DNA from: an uncultured bacterium
GTDB lineage: Bacteria > Chloroflexota > UBA5177 > JANWHV01
Assembly: GCA_963729625.1 (NCBI GenBank)
Contig: CAVSOU010000011.1
Location: 544,001-608,000, forward strand
DNA length: 64,000 bases
Direction: 5' to 3'
The stretch's first letter is position 1. Each line of letters opens with the position of its first letter. A program made the position numbers and the translations under genes. Below the pieces are notes generated by a model. That model was not told where the DNA came from and did not search any database. It saw nothing but the letters and a program-made list of their open reading frames with translations. Of this stretch, positions 1 to 9,925 are shown in pieces.

Positions 1-1
1 C

Positions 2-607
2 TCGGCATATGTGTTTAACGTGATCGCGCTCTTTCTCGGCCAGACGATCATCGCGACGCCGCTGTCTCATCCGGCCGGCTATTTCAACACCAGATATGGG
101 CTCGTGGCGCTTCCGGCAGCCGCGTTTATGTCGGGGTACGCCGTGGATTTCTTTATTCGACGGTATCGGCTCCTGCTAAGCGGAACGGTTCTCGCCGGCT
201 TGCTGGTGGTCCAGGCAGCCCTGTGGGCGCCTGCGTGGCCGATGCGCGTCGTGTCGATCGCTGACGGCCTGGATCAGACCTCCGCAGCGAGCGCACCGCT
301 TGCCTCAGCCCACTGGCTGCGCGCGCACTACCATGGCGGTGGGATTCTCTACAACGATGCCCATTCGCAGTTCATCGCCGTGGCCGGCATCAACATGGGC
401 GAGTATTATCTCATCGGTCCTCAGCAGACCGCCGCGCTCGCAGATCCGGCCCACTACGCGAAGTGGATGGTCCTTGAAGGCAAGAACTCAACAGACCCGG
501 TGGACACGGCGCTGTGGGGCACGCCCTATCTTCGACGACACTACACCCTGCAGTTCTCGGCTTCCGGCTATGAGATATATCTGCGCATTGGAGGAGCGAC
601 GAAATAG
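2..607 (+). CDS. C-terminal part of a membrane protein, likely GT-C/ArnT-like glycosyltransferase (truncated at window edge)
   Basis: Frame is open to the left edge. Hydrophobic helices with an NTRYG motif, followed by a small extracytoplasmic domain (WLRAHY..GGILY), as in GT-C fold enzymes. Confidence 0.5.
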   Translation, partial: SAYVFNVIALFLGQTIIATPLSHPAGYFNTRYGLVALPAAAFMSGYAVDFFIRRYRLLLSGTVLAGLLVVQAALWAPAWPMRVVSIADGLDQTSAASAPLASAHWLRAHYHGGGILYNDAHSQFIAVAGINMGEYYLIGPQQTAALADPAHYAKWMVLEGKNSTDPVDTALWGTPYLRRHYTLQFSASGYEIYLRIGGATK

Positions 608-799
608 AGCCGGCGAACGGTGCTCTCTGGAGGGCCTCGCGCGACACTCGCGTTTCGTCCGACCAATCGATACGGTACAGTCGCCGCGGCGCTGCGGCGA
701 CCGTACTGTCATTTCCAGCTGATTCGAGCGCAAGAGTGGGCGCCGCGGCGCTGAACGCGATGCGCGATACGAATACAAGTTCTTGCGATGGAGTCCACA

Positions 800-3700
800 A
801 TGCAGCGCTCGAGCCGTAGCCTTCCATTTAGCCGTGCCCTTGCCGTAGCCGCGATAGTAGCGGCCCCGCTCTTGACGACGGCGGGCGATTGGCCGACCTA
901 TCTGCATGACGCGAGCCGCAGTGCGGCCAGTCTGGGCGAGACGACGCTCTCGACGGCCAACGCCGGCCAGCTGGTCGAACACTGGGCGTACAAGACCGGG
1001 GGCATGATCGCGGCGTCGCCGACGGTGGTGGGCAACACGGTGTACGTGGGCGCCTGGGACGGCTACGAGTACGCGCTGAACGCCACGACCGGCGCCCTGG
1101 AGTGGAAGACCTTCCTGGGCATCACGGGACCGTACGCCACCTGCAATCCGCCATCGGCAGGGGTCACCTCGGGCGCGGCGGTGGTGAATGGGGTAGTGTA
1201 CGTGGGCGGCGGCGACCACACCGGTGGCACGAACACCTCCTTCTATGCGCTCGACGCCGGCAGCGGCGCCATCCTGTGGACGGTGAATACGGGGGATGGC
1301 AGCGCCGCGGGCGGGCACTACGACTGGGCCTCGCCGCTGATTGTCGGCAACTACGCCTACGTGGGCATTGCCAGCTTCGGCGATTGCCCGCTGGTGCAGG
1401 GCCAGTTGCTGAAAGTGGACCTCACGGCGCACACCGTCGTGGCCACGGCGAACCTGGTGTCGAACGGTGAGCTGGGCGCTGGGGTGTGGACGTCGCCCAC
1501 CTACGACGCGGCCACCAACACGGTCTACGTGACCACCGGCACGAAGTTCGCCACGGACCAGACGATGTCGCAGGCGGTGGTGGCGCTGGCGGGGACGGAC
1601 CTGACGATCGAGAGTGCCTGGCAGATCCCGGAGGACCAGGCGCTGAGCGACGCGGACTTTGGCACCACGCCGATCCTGGTGACCGACAGTGGCGGGCACC
1701 GGCTGGTGGTGGCGATGAACAAGAACGGCTATCTGTACGCCTTCAGCCAGCCGGCCAGCGCGACCACGGCCATCGACCTGGCGGCGGGACCGACGTGGGA
1801 GGAACAGCTGGACCCGGGCGGGTCCAACCCGTCGGCGGGGGACGGCACGGTGTCCAGCGCCGCCTTCGCCAACGGCACGCTGTACCAGGCGAGCGGCAAT
1901 ATCGTGGTGAACGGGGTGGGCTACGGCGGCGCGGTGAGCGCGATCAATCCGGCGAACGGGGCCATCGCATGGCAGCACCCGACCGCCTACCCCATCGTGC
2001 CGGCCATTGCCTACGGCAACGGGTTCATCGTGGACGGGGAGGGGCCGACGGTGGAGGTGCTCGACGCCGGCACCGGCACCCGACTGTACAGCTACACGAC
2101 CGGGGCGCCGCTCTACGGGCCGCCGGTGGTGGCCAACGGGCAGATCGTGATCGGCGGCACCGACCACAGCGTCTACGCGTTCGGGCTGCCGGCCAGCACG
2201 CCCCCGACCCCGCCCGCGGATGGGAACTGCCCGAGCGGCTGGACCTGCCAGGACGTCGGCTCGCCGGCGCCGGCGGGCTCGGAGTCGGTGGTGAGCGGCG
2301 CCTGGACCGTGCTCGCGGGCGGCGGCGGTCTGGCCGGCGCTGCGGATGCCTTCCGATTGCTGACCGAACCGGCTACCGGTGACGCGCAGGTCACGGCCAG
2401 GATACCCGCGCTGCCCACCGGCACGAGCAACGCCCTGGCCGGTCTGATCGTGCGACAGAGCAACGACCCCGCAGCACCGTACTACGCGGCATTCATGGCG
2501 GCGTCGGGCACGCTCGTCGTGCAGTATCGCGCCACGCCCGGGGCGGCTCCGGCCATAGTGACCCAGCAGGCCCGATCGGCGCCGGTCTATCTCGAGATAC
2601 AGCGGGTAGGCGACCACTTCTCCGCCGCGACGTCCACCGACGGCTCCAGCTATGCGCTGGTGCCGGGTACGACCGTTACGGCAGCCATGCCGGCCACGGT
2701 GCTGGCGGGGCTGGCCGCCGGAGCCGGATTGGGCGCGAACGGCGCCGCTGCCACCGCCACGTTCAGCCAGGTGGTCGTCGGTCCCCGCACGAACGCGCCC
2801 GCTGCCGCGTCCGGGGGCACCTGCCCGAGCGGCTGGACCTGCGGCGATATCGGCAATCCGTCGCAGGTCGGCACCCAGTCACTCAGCGCGGGAACCTGGA
2901 CGGTGCAGGGCGGCGGTACCTATATTGCCAACCAGTCCGACCAGTTTCACTCTGTCTGGCAAAGCCTGAACGGCGACGGCACGATGGTCGCGCGGGTAGC
3001 CAGTCAGTCAAACACGGACCCCAACGCGGAAGCGGGCATCATGTTCCGCCAGAGCACGGCGGCCGACTCGCCGATGTACGGGCTGCTGGTGACCCCGGGG
3101 AATGGGGTGGTGGCGCTCTACCGCTCGAACGGCTCGTTCAACACGCTGGGGCTGGCGTCGCCTTCCGGCACGGCGCCCGTGTACCTGAAGGTGACCCGCG
3201 TGGGCGCCGTCTTCACCGCGTACACCTCAAGCGATGGCAGTACCTGGACCGCGCTGGGGACCAGCCAGCAGATCGCGCGCTTCCCCAGCACCCTGCTGGT
3301 CGGGCTGGCCGTCAGCGCGCACAATACCGGTACCCTGGGCAGCGCGCAGTTCAGCAACGTGTCCATTACCCCGACCACCCCCCTGTTCTGCCCAGCGGGC
3401 TGGACGTGCGCGGACCTGGGCGGTCCTAACACGCAGGGCAGCGACGCGGCCAGCGGCAGCACCTGGACGGTGCAGGGCGGCGGCGGCGACATCTGGGGAG
3501 CCAGCGACCAGTTCCACTTCGACTGGCAGACCCTGCCGGCCGGGGACGGCAGCGTGAGCGCCAAGGTGGTGGCGCAGTCCAACTCGAACGGTTGGGCCAA
3601 GGCGGGTCTGATGGTCCGCAGTGCAAACACCGCGTACGCGGCGTTCTACGCTGTCCTGGTGACCCCGAGCAACGGCATCGTCGTGCAGTACCGGGGCTAC

Positions 3701-6085
3701 ACCGGCGAAGGGGCAAATGCCGTGCAGGCGGCGTCCAGCACCGGCACCGTGCCGACCTACTTGAAGGTAGCCAGGGCGGGAACCACGTATAGTGCGTACA
3801 CCGCGAGCGATGGGGTCACCTGGACGCTGCTACCCGGCTCCAGCATCACCTTGCCCGCATTTGCCGGGCCACTCCTGGCCGGCGTCGCGGTCACCGCCCA
3901 TACCGCGACCGGACTGAGCACGGTGACCTTCACCGCGGTAACTGTCGCGAGCGGCGGCGCGCCTCCACCAACGGCGACAGCCACGGTGACAAGTACGAGC
4001 GTCCCCGGAGCCACCGCTACGAGCACGCCGGTGAGCGCGAGCGGCTGCCCCGCGGGGTGGCTCTGCACGGACATCGGAGCGCCGACCGTACCCGGCTCCG
4101 AGTCGGTAGCCAACGGCACCTGGACGGTCGTCGGGGGCGGCGGCGATATCTGGGGCACCGGAGACCAGTTCCGCTTCGACTACCAACCATTGACCGGCGA
4201 CGGCAGCGTCAGCGCCCGCGTCGTGACCCAGACCGAGAGCGACCCCTGGGCCAAGGCCGGCGTCATGCTGCGCGGCAACACCGGTCCGGGTGCCGCGTTC
4301 TACGACGCTCTGGTCACGCCCGCTAACGGCATCACTATCCAGTATCGCTCGCCACAGGGCGTCGCCGCGGCCGTGCTGGCCTCGCTGGCCGGCACCGTGC
4401 CCGTATACCTGCAGGTGACGCGCACCGGCACCTCGTTCAGCGCCTATACTTCCAGCAATGGAACTACGTGGTCCCTCGTTCCAGGCTCGACCGTCACGCT
4501 GACCGGCCTCACCGGCTCGCTGCTGGCCGGCCTCGCAGTGACCGCCCACAACCTGAGCGGCTCCAGTACCGTGACCTTCACCGCGGTGAGCGTAGCAGCG
4601 GGAAGCACGCCCACGCCCACCGCACCACTCACCGCTACGTCTACGCCGCTACCGGCGACACAGACGGCGACAGCCACGGTGACAAGTACGAGCGTCCCCG
4701 GAGCCACCGCTACGAGCACGCCGGTGAGCGCGAGCGGCTGCCCCGCGGGGTGGCTCTGCACGGACATCGGAGCGCCGACCGTACCCGGCTCCGAGTCGGT
4801 AGCCAACGGCACCTGGACGGTCGTCGGGGGCGGCGGCGATATCTGGGGCACCGGAGACCAGTTCCGCTTCGACTACCAACCATTGACCGGCGACGGCAGC
4901 GTCAGCGCCCGCGTCGTGACCCAGACCGAGAGCGACCCCTGGGCCAAGGCCGGCGTCATGCTGCGCGGCAACACCGGTCCGGGTGCCGCGTTCTACGACG
5001 CTCTGGTCACGCCCGCTAACGGCATCACTATCCAGTATCGCTCGCCACAGGGCGTCGCCGCGGCCGTGCTGGCCTCGCTGGCCGGCACCGTGCCCGTATA
5101 CCTGCAGGTGACGCGCACCGGCACCTCGTTCAGCGCCTATACTTCCAGCAATGGAACTACGTGGTCCCTCGTTCCAGGCTCGACCGTCATGCTGACCGGC
5201 CTCACCGGCTCGCTGCTCGCCGGCCTCGCAGTGACCGCCCACAGCCTGAGCGGCTCCAGTACCGTGACCTTCACCGCGGTGAGCGTAGCAGCGGGAAGCA
5301 CGCCCACGCCCACCGCACCACTCACCGCTACGTCTACGCCGCTACCGGCGACACAGACGGCGACGGCAACCGCCACCCAGACTGCGACGCCCACGAGCAC
5401 GCAGACGGCAGTGGCCACCAGCACATCGTCAGCGACGGCCACGAACACACATGTGCCGACCACAACGGCTGTTCCGACGAGCACAAGCGCACCCACAGCA
5501 ACGAACACCAGCACGCCGGTGGCCGTGGCCGGCTGCCCCGCGGGGTGGCTCTGCACGGACATCGGAGCGCCGACCGTACCCGGCTCCGAGTCGGTAGCCA
5601 ACGGCACCTGGACGGTCGTCGGGGGCGGCGGCGATATCTGGGGCACCGGAGACCAGTTCCGCTTCGACTACCAACCATTGACCGGCGACGGCAGCGTCAG
5701 CGCCCGCGTCGTGACCCAGACCGAGAGCGACCCCTGGGCCAAGGCCGGCGTCATGCTGCGCGGCAACACCGGTCCGGGTGCCGCGTTCTACGACGCTCTG
5801 GTCACGCCCGCTAACGGCATCACTATCCAGTATCGCTCGCCACAGGGCGTCGCCGCGGCCGTGCTGGCCTCGCTGGCCGGCACCGTGCCCGTATACCTGC
5901 AGGTGACGCGCACCGGCACCTCGTTCAGCGCCTATACTTCCAGCAATGGAACTACGTGGTCCCTCGTTCCAGGCTCGACCGTCACGCTGACCGGCCTCAC
6001 CGGCTCGCTGCTGGCCGGCCTCGCAGTGACCGCCCACAACCTGAGCGGCTCCAGTACCGTGACCTTCACCGCCGTACTTGCCTGA
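800..6085 (+). CDS. Large secreted protein: PQQ-like (BamB-type) beta-propeller plus six ConA-like/DUF1349-type beta-sandwich modules with Thr/Pro linkers
   Basis: GGAG RBS before ATG 800; signal peptide; DWPTY..D..RS start; repeated ALNA.TG...W propeller motifs; six modules each starting CPxGWxCxDxGxP and containing AKAG.M.R. Confidence 0.85.
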   Translation: MQRSSRSLPFSRALAVAAIVAAPLLTTAGDWPTYLHDASRSAASLGETTLSTANAGQLVEHWAYKTGGMIAASPTVVGNTVYVGAWDGYEYALNATTGALEWKTFLGITGPYATCNPPSAGVTSGAAVVNGVVYVGGGDHTGGTNTSFYALDAGSGAILWTVNTGDGSAAGGHYDWASPLIVGNYAYVGIASFGDCPLVQGQLLKVDLTAHTVVATANLVSNGELGAGVWTSPTYDAATNTVYVTTGTKFATDQTMSQAVVALAGTDLTIESAWQIPEDQALSDADFGTTPILVTDSGGHRLVVAMNKNGYLYAFSQPASATTAIDLAAGPTWEEQLDPGGSNPSAGDGTVSSAAFANGTLYQASGNIVVNGVGYGGAVSAINPANGAIAWQHPTAYPIVPAIAYGNGFIVDGEGPTVEVLDAGTGTRLYSYTTGAPLYGPPVVANGQIVIGGTDHSVYAFGLPASTPPTPPADGNCPSGWTCQDVGSPAPAGSESVVSGAWTVLAGGGGLAGAADAFRLLTEPATGDAQVTARIPALPTGTSNALAGLIVRQSNDPAAPYYAAFMAASGTLVVQYRATPGAAPAIVTQQARSAPVYLEIQRVGDHFSAATSTDGSSYALVPGTTVTAAMPATVLAGLAAGAGLGANGAAATATFSQVVVGPRTNAPAAASGGTCPSGWTCGDIGNPSQVGTQSLSAGTWTVQGGGTYIANQSDQFHSVWQSLNGDGTMVARVASQSNTDPNAEAGIMFRQSTAADSPMYGLLVTPGNGVVALYRSNGSFNTLGLASPSGTAPVYLKVTRVGAVFTAYTSSDGSTWTALGTSQQIARFPSTLLVGLAVSAHNTGTLGSAQFSNVSITPTTPLFCPAGWTCADLGGPNTQGSDAASGSTWTVQGGGGDIWGASDQFHFDWQTLPAGDGSVSAKVVAQSNSNGWAKAGLMVRSANTAYAAFYAVLVTPSNGIVVQYRGYTGEGANAVQAASSTGTVPTYLKVARAGTTYSAYTASDGVTWTLLPGSSITLPAFAGPLLAGVAVTAHTATGLSTVTFTAVTVASGGAPPPTATATVTSTSVPGATATSTPVSASGCPAGWLCTDIGAPTVPGSESVANGTWTVVGGGGDIWGTGDQFRFDYQPLTGDGSVSARVVTQTESDPWAKAGVMLRGNTGPGAAFYDALVTPANGITIQYRSPQGVAAAVLASLAGTVPVYLQVTRTGTSFSAYTSSNGTTWSLVPGSTVTLTGLTGSLLAGLAVTAHNLSGSSTVTFTAVSVAAGSTPTPTAPLTATSTPLPATQTATATVTSTSVPGATATSTPVSASGCPAGWLCTDIGAPTVPGSESVANGTWTVVGGGGDIWGTGDQFRFDYQPLTGDGSVSARVVTQTESDPWAKAGVMLRGNTGPGAAFYDALVTPANGITIQYRSPQGVAAAVLASLAGTVPVYLQVTRTGTSFSAYTSSNGTTWSLVPGSTVMLTGLTGSLLAGLAVTAHSLSGSSTVTFTAVSVAAGSTPTPTAPLTATSTPLPATQTATATATQTATPTSTQTAVATSTSSATATNTHVPTTTAVPTSTSAPTATNTSTPVAVAGCPAGWLCTDIGAPTVPGSESVANGTWTVVGGGGDIWGTGDQFRFDYQPLTGDGSVSARVVTQTESDPWAKAGVMLRGNTGPGAAFYDALVTPANGITIQYRSPQGVAAAVLASLAGTVPVYLQVTRTGTSFSAYTSSNGTTWSLVPGSTVTLTGLTGSLLAGLAVTAHNLSGSSTVTFTAVLA
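3971..5364 (+). repeat. Intragenic 693-bp tandem duplication (231 codons)
   Basis: 3971-4663 repeats at 4664-5356. I could see only three substitutions by eye (5190, 5218, 5244). Confidence 0.95.
5530..6072 (+). repeat. Third copy of the ConA-like module
   Basis: Appears identical to 4042-4584 (offset 1488), carrying the copy-1 alleles at the three variant sites. Confidence 0.9.
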
Positions 6086-6372
6086 CATGTGGGGATACGC
6101 ATCTCGAGGATTCGTGTCCCCGACGCAGTCTTCTGCCCGACAAGTGGGAATTCCAGCGCGGGTGAATAGCGCCGGACAACTACGCGGTCGCACGCCGTTG
6201 GACCGCCGATGCGAGAAACCGTACCGGTTGTGCGGCAGTGTTGAAGATGTTCGCTGCTGGCGGCGGCAGGCAACGCAGGGATTGTGCCTGCCTCGGCGCA
6301 TGACGAAGCCAACACGCATGGTATCCGGTGGATCGATCGATACAAGTCCGCACGCACCGGTGCCGTGGGTAC

Positions 6373-7911
6373 CTAGCTGGAAGTACTCGAATCGAGTCGA
6401 CCCGCTGGTGTTATCTCGTGTGTTTGCACATCGCCAGGGATCTGGAAGGAGAGATCCCCGTTCCGTCCGCCTAGCGCAGTGATCGACGTTGCACCGGGAA
6501 GCCTGATGGTGTACGCGTGAAACTGCCCGCTGGGATCGTACAATACGACGCTGTTCGTCTGTCCCGTGAGCCAGATGTAGTCGCCCTGAGTGGCGTCCGG
6601 GCCGCTGATTGGCGTTACCGTGTCCACCTGCCGAACGGAAACCGGCACCGCGGCTATGCCGGTCACGCTGCCGTCAAACGCGACGTGTGTGAGAACGCCC
6701 CGCTGCGTATCGAGCAGCCAGGCGCTGCCGTCGCTGCTGCAGCCCATAATAAACGACGACAAGCTGCTGCTCAAATAGTCGCCACCACATTGAGATGCAG
6801 GTGTGCTTCGCACATTCACGGACGGCATAGAGGTGATGCCGGGCCCCCCAACCACCGAGCTTCGCCAGTCCTGGTCCGGTGGCGTCGTGACAAAGGCGGC
6901 GATGCGCGAGAGCAGAGAGATGCCGACCAGCGCCGCGGCGACCGCCATCCAGGTACTGTCAAACAGCGATGCCCGATTCCTCCGGTACGCCGGCACATGC
7001 AATGCCGGCGGCGCAAGCTTGCATAACGCGGCGTGCATGTCGTGCGCCGTACTGAAACGCTCCGACGGATTGAGCGCCGTCGCCCGGGCGACGACCGCTG
7101 CCAGACCGCTCGGCACGCTGGGGTTCAGCGACTGCACGGGTGGGAATGCGAAGGGCGTGCCGAGCTCCGGATCGTACCCGGTGAGCAGCCGGTGCAACGT
7201 GACTCCAAGGGCATAGATATCGCTCTGCGGCGTAGCCAGTCCCTGGTATTGCTCTGGTGGGGCATATCCCGGAGTTCCGATAACAGTACCTACAGTATCA
7301 CGCAGGAACGAGCGCGCAATGCCGAAGTCAACCACCGCAAGCCGCCGATCCGGGGAGCTCCACATTGAGCGCAGCACTATGTTCGAAGGCTTAAGGTCGC
7401 GAAAGACCACCGGCTCCGGCAGATCGTGAAGGTACTGCAACATCTGGGAAAGCGCGATGCCCCAGCTGACCACCAGGTCGGGCTCGATCGGCCCCTGCCG
7501 CTTCACGAGATCTTCCAGATTCTCACCCGCCACGTACTCCTGGGCAATGTAGCTGCGGCCCTCTTCGCGGAAGACGCTGTAGAACACGGGAATCAAGGGA
7601 TGGCGCAACATGCTCAAGAGCGCGGACTCACGCGCAAACCAAGCCTCGGCTTCTTGCACGTCATCCTCGGATGCGCCGTCTGGGAGTCTCAGCTCCTTGA
7701 GCGCAATCTCGCGGCCATTAAGCTTCCTGTCTTCGGCCAGATAGATCACGCTCATCCCGCCGCGGTGGACTGCACGGCTGATCTGGTACCGGCCGGCCAG
7801 CAGTGTGCCGGGTTGCAGAATGCTCTGCTGCTCGCCGACGCCGAGATTCATGGAGATACAGGGCGCGGTCGCGGGATGAAACAGGCCGCAACGCTCGCAG
7901 GTTTCATGCAT
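6373..7911 (-). CDS. Hanks-type Ser/Thr protein kinase with N-terminal Cys/His knuckle, TM helix and extracellular domain
   Basis: GGMSVIYLA, ALKE, FRDLKPSN, DFG, GTPGYAPPEQ and SDIYALG motifs; TM segment WMAVAAALVGISLL. Confidence 0.95.
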   Translation of the reverse strand: MHETCERCGLFHPATAPCISMNLGVGEQQSILQPGTLLAGRYQISRAVHRGGMSVIYLAEDRKLNGREIALKELRLPDGASEDDVQEAEAWFARESALLSMLRHPLIPVFYSVFREEGRSYIAQEYVAGENLEDLVKRQGPIEPDLVVSWGIALSQMLQYLHDLPEPVVFRDLKPSNIVLRSMWSSPDRRLAVVDFGIARSFLRDTVGTVIGTPGYAPPEQYQGLATPQSDIYALGVTLHRLLTGYDPELGTPFAFPPVQSLNPSVPSGLAAVVARATALNPSERFSTAHDMHAALCKLAPPALHVPAYRRNRASLFDSTWMAVAAALVGISLLSRIAAFVTTPPDQDWRSSVVGGPGITSMPSVNVRSTPASQCGGDYLSSSLSSFIMGCSSDGSAWLLDTQRGVLTHVAFDGSVTGIAAVPVSVRQVDTVTPISGPDATQGDYIWLTGQTNSVVLYDPSGQFHAYTIRLPGATSITALGGRNGDLSFQIPGDVQTHEITPAGRLDSSTSS

Positions 7912-8090
7912 GGGGTTCCTCCCCTTGGCTGGAGAAGCGAGATGGACCGTGCAGAGACTATCTGTGTTCTAGCGTATCGCATCTCGCTGTATGGAGGAAA
8001 AGTGAGGTACGAATTTACGAATTCCGGACTTCAGACCCTTTGCCTCAATGTGCGCCAAAGGTGGCGCCCGTCGTCGGCGCGGCCCTGTAG

Positions 8091-9458
8091 TCAGAGGCGT
8101 GGTCCGGATAACTCGTAGTCACCGCGTGGCGGCGGTGGCTCGATCGTAACCGAGGCGGACCGCGTCGTGATGCCATTGCTCCCGCGCGATGTGACGGTCA
8201 GTTGAGCTTTTGCCGAGCTCTTGGGGCGATAGGTGATGCGCAGCGGGGCGTCCGCCACGCCCTTTGCCGTCGCGACTCCATTCCAGGCTGCCTGGTACAC
8301 GATCTTCTTCACAGTGAGGCGCTTGCGCCGTGCGCCCGTGCCGACATACGAGACCGTCGTCACCTGTACCACCACCGCAGCGCGAATACGCGCCTTCGGG
8401 CTGGTAGTAATGTGTACTTTCAGCACGTCGCCACTGATGATTTGGGGCGCGACGCGCAGGGTGAGCGGTGTGGCCGGCTTCGTCGCATGCGTTGCCGCAG
8501 GGGTTACGGCATGTGCTGAGCCTGCCGCTGCCGGAGTCCGGCTCGGCAGGCTGGTCAGGGTAGCCGTGGGTGTTCGCGTTGCGCTTCTGGTCGGTGTTCG
8601 CGTTACGGTTCTTGTCGGCGTGAGCGTGGGGGTCTTGGTGGGGGTAAGGGTTGCGCTTGCGGTCCTGGTCGGCGAGGCCGTAGATGTAACGCTCGCAGTC
8701 TTTGTGGCTGTCAGGGTCGGCGAGTTGCTCGGCGTGGCGGTCACCGTCGCGGTCTTCGTCGCCGTTGGGGTGGCCGAGGGGGTCGCGGTCCTGGTGGGCG
8801 TGGCCGTCGGCGTGTTGGTCGGGGTGGCGGTGAATGTCCTGGTGGGCGAGCTTGTCGGCGAATCGGTTGGGGACCTCGTCATGGTCGGCGTAAGTGTGTT
8901 CGTAGGGGTCTTTGAGGGAGTCGGTGAGATCGTCGCCGTGGACGTCCGCGTGGGCGATTGAGTTGGCGTGCTTGTGAGCGTTATTGTCGGGGAGTTGACC
9001 GGCGTATTTGTAATGGTTGCCGTGGGCAACGGTGACGAGATCGTGGCAAGGGGATAGAACTTTGTGGCGGAGAGCTCTGTGCCGGCAGGCACGTAGCTGA
9101 CGGTGACCACCATGGCGTATGATCCGGCGAGCGCATACCTGTGGGAACCGCTTATTACGAAGCCTCCCGGCTGGCCAGTATTGACCGTCGCGCTGCCTGC
9201 CGAGGTCGAGCCGTCGCCCCAATCGATCACTGTGGCCAGGGCAGACGGAGGAATCGAGGTGTCGTCGGTCATTACCGTGCCGATAGCCTCAGAAAAATAC
9301 ACGTCCGCCGCCTCTGTGATATTCGTGCAAGTTGCTCCGGTGAGTTCCGCCGCAACAGCGGGCCGCACGCGGGTGAAAGCGGAAATGGAAAGGGCGCTTG
9401 CCACACTAGCCAGGAGCAGGCACAAGGCGATGCGGTATGGAATCGATCTCGAACGCAT
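8091..9458 (-). CDS. Secreted protein: PKD-like domain, long Thr/Pro/Ser linker, basic C-terminal Ig-like domain
   Basis: GGAG RBS, signal peptide, IDWGDG PKD-type motif, TPT repeats. Confidence 0.75.
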   Translation of the reverse strand: MRSRSIPYRIALCLLLASVASALSISAFTRVRPAVAAELTGATCTNITEAADVYFSEAIGTVMTDDTSIPPSALATVIDWGDGSTSAGSATVNTGQPGGFVISGSHRYALAGSYAMVVTVSYVPAGTELSATKFYPLATISSPLPTATITNTPVNSPTITLTSTPTQSPTRTSTATISPTPSKTPTNTLTPTMTRSPTDSPTSSPTRTFTATPTNTPTATPTRTATPSATPTATKTATVTATPSNSPTLTATKTASVTSTASPTRTASATLTPTKTPTLTPTRTVTRTPTRSATRTPTATLTSLPSRTPAAAGSAHAVTPAATHATKPATPLTLRVAPQIISGDVLKVHITTSPKARIRAAVVVQVTTVSYVGTGARRKRLTVKKIVYQAAWNGVATAKGVADAPLRITYRPKSSAKAQLTVTSRGSNGITTRSASVTIEPPPPRGDYELSGPRL

Positions 9459-9632
9459 CGCCGCTCTCCAAAACGACTTGTCTCCTGCCTGTCACGGAAT
9501 GCCACTATCAACACGAGCTCTACCCGACGTGATGGCAAAGCCATGAACGGCGTTCCGCGCAGGCATCCACGCTCTCGCGGTTCCAGTATGATATGGTCGG
9601 TTTCTTGCCGCAAGGACACGATTTGGCTACTG

Positions 9633-9641
9633 TGCTATACT
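9633..9641 (+). promoter_or_regulatory. Extended -10 promoter (TGcTATACT) upstream of the DEAD-box helicase
   Basis: TG-n-TATACT match about 285 nt before the helicase start; no consensus -35. Confidence 0.45.
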
Positions 9642-9925
9642 GCAGAGGTCTGGCGCCAATCGCGCTCCGCGCGCTGGCGCTTGGTACTGACGCTGTTTTC
9701 TGGTGTCCGCTCCCCGCGCAGTGCTTGTCGCTGCCAGATCGGGTTTGCCAGTCGGACCCATTCAGCTAGATCCAGAGTGCAGCCGGTGGTCACGCCGTGC
9801 CCGGCGGCAATTCGTTCCCGCCGTGAGCAGCGATACGCGTATGCCACAGTTGGTCGACGCTGTTCTGCGATCGCACGATATTGAGCGGCCAAGTGATGGC
9901 CGCATGAAAGTATGGAGAACTCATA

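Noticed and set aside
488-2617. 709-aa antisense ORF (and many similar long shadow ORFs, e.g. 22397-23995, 53239-54501)
   Set aside because: Arg/Gly/His-rich shadows of GC3-biased genes on the opposite strand, with no motifs or RBS.
4042-6072. Diversity-generating retroelement template/variable repeats
   Set aside because: No reverse transcriptase in the window, all copies are in-frame domains, and the few differences are not adenine-specific.
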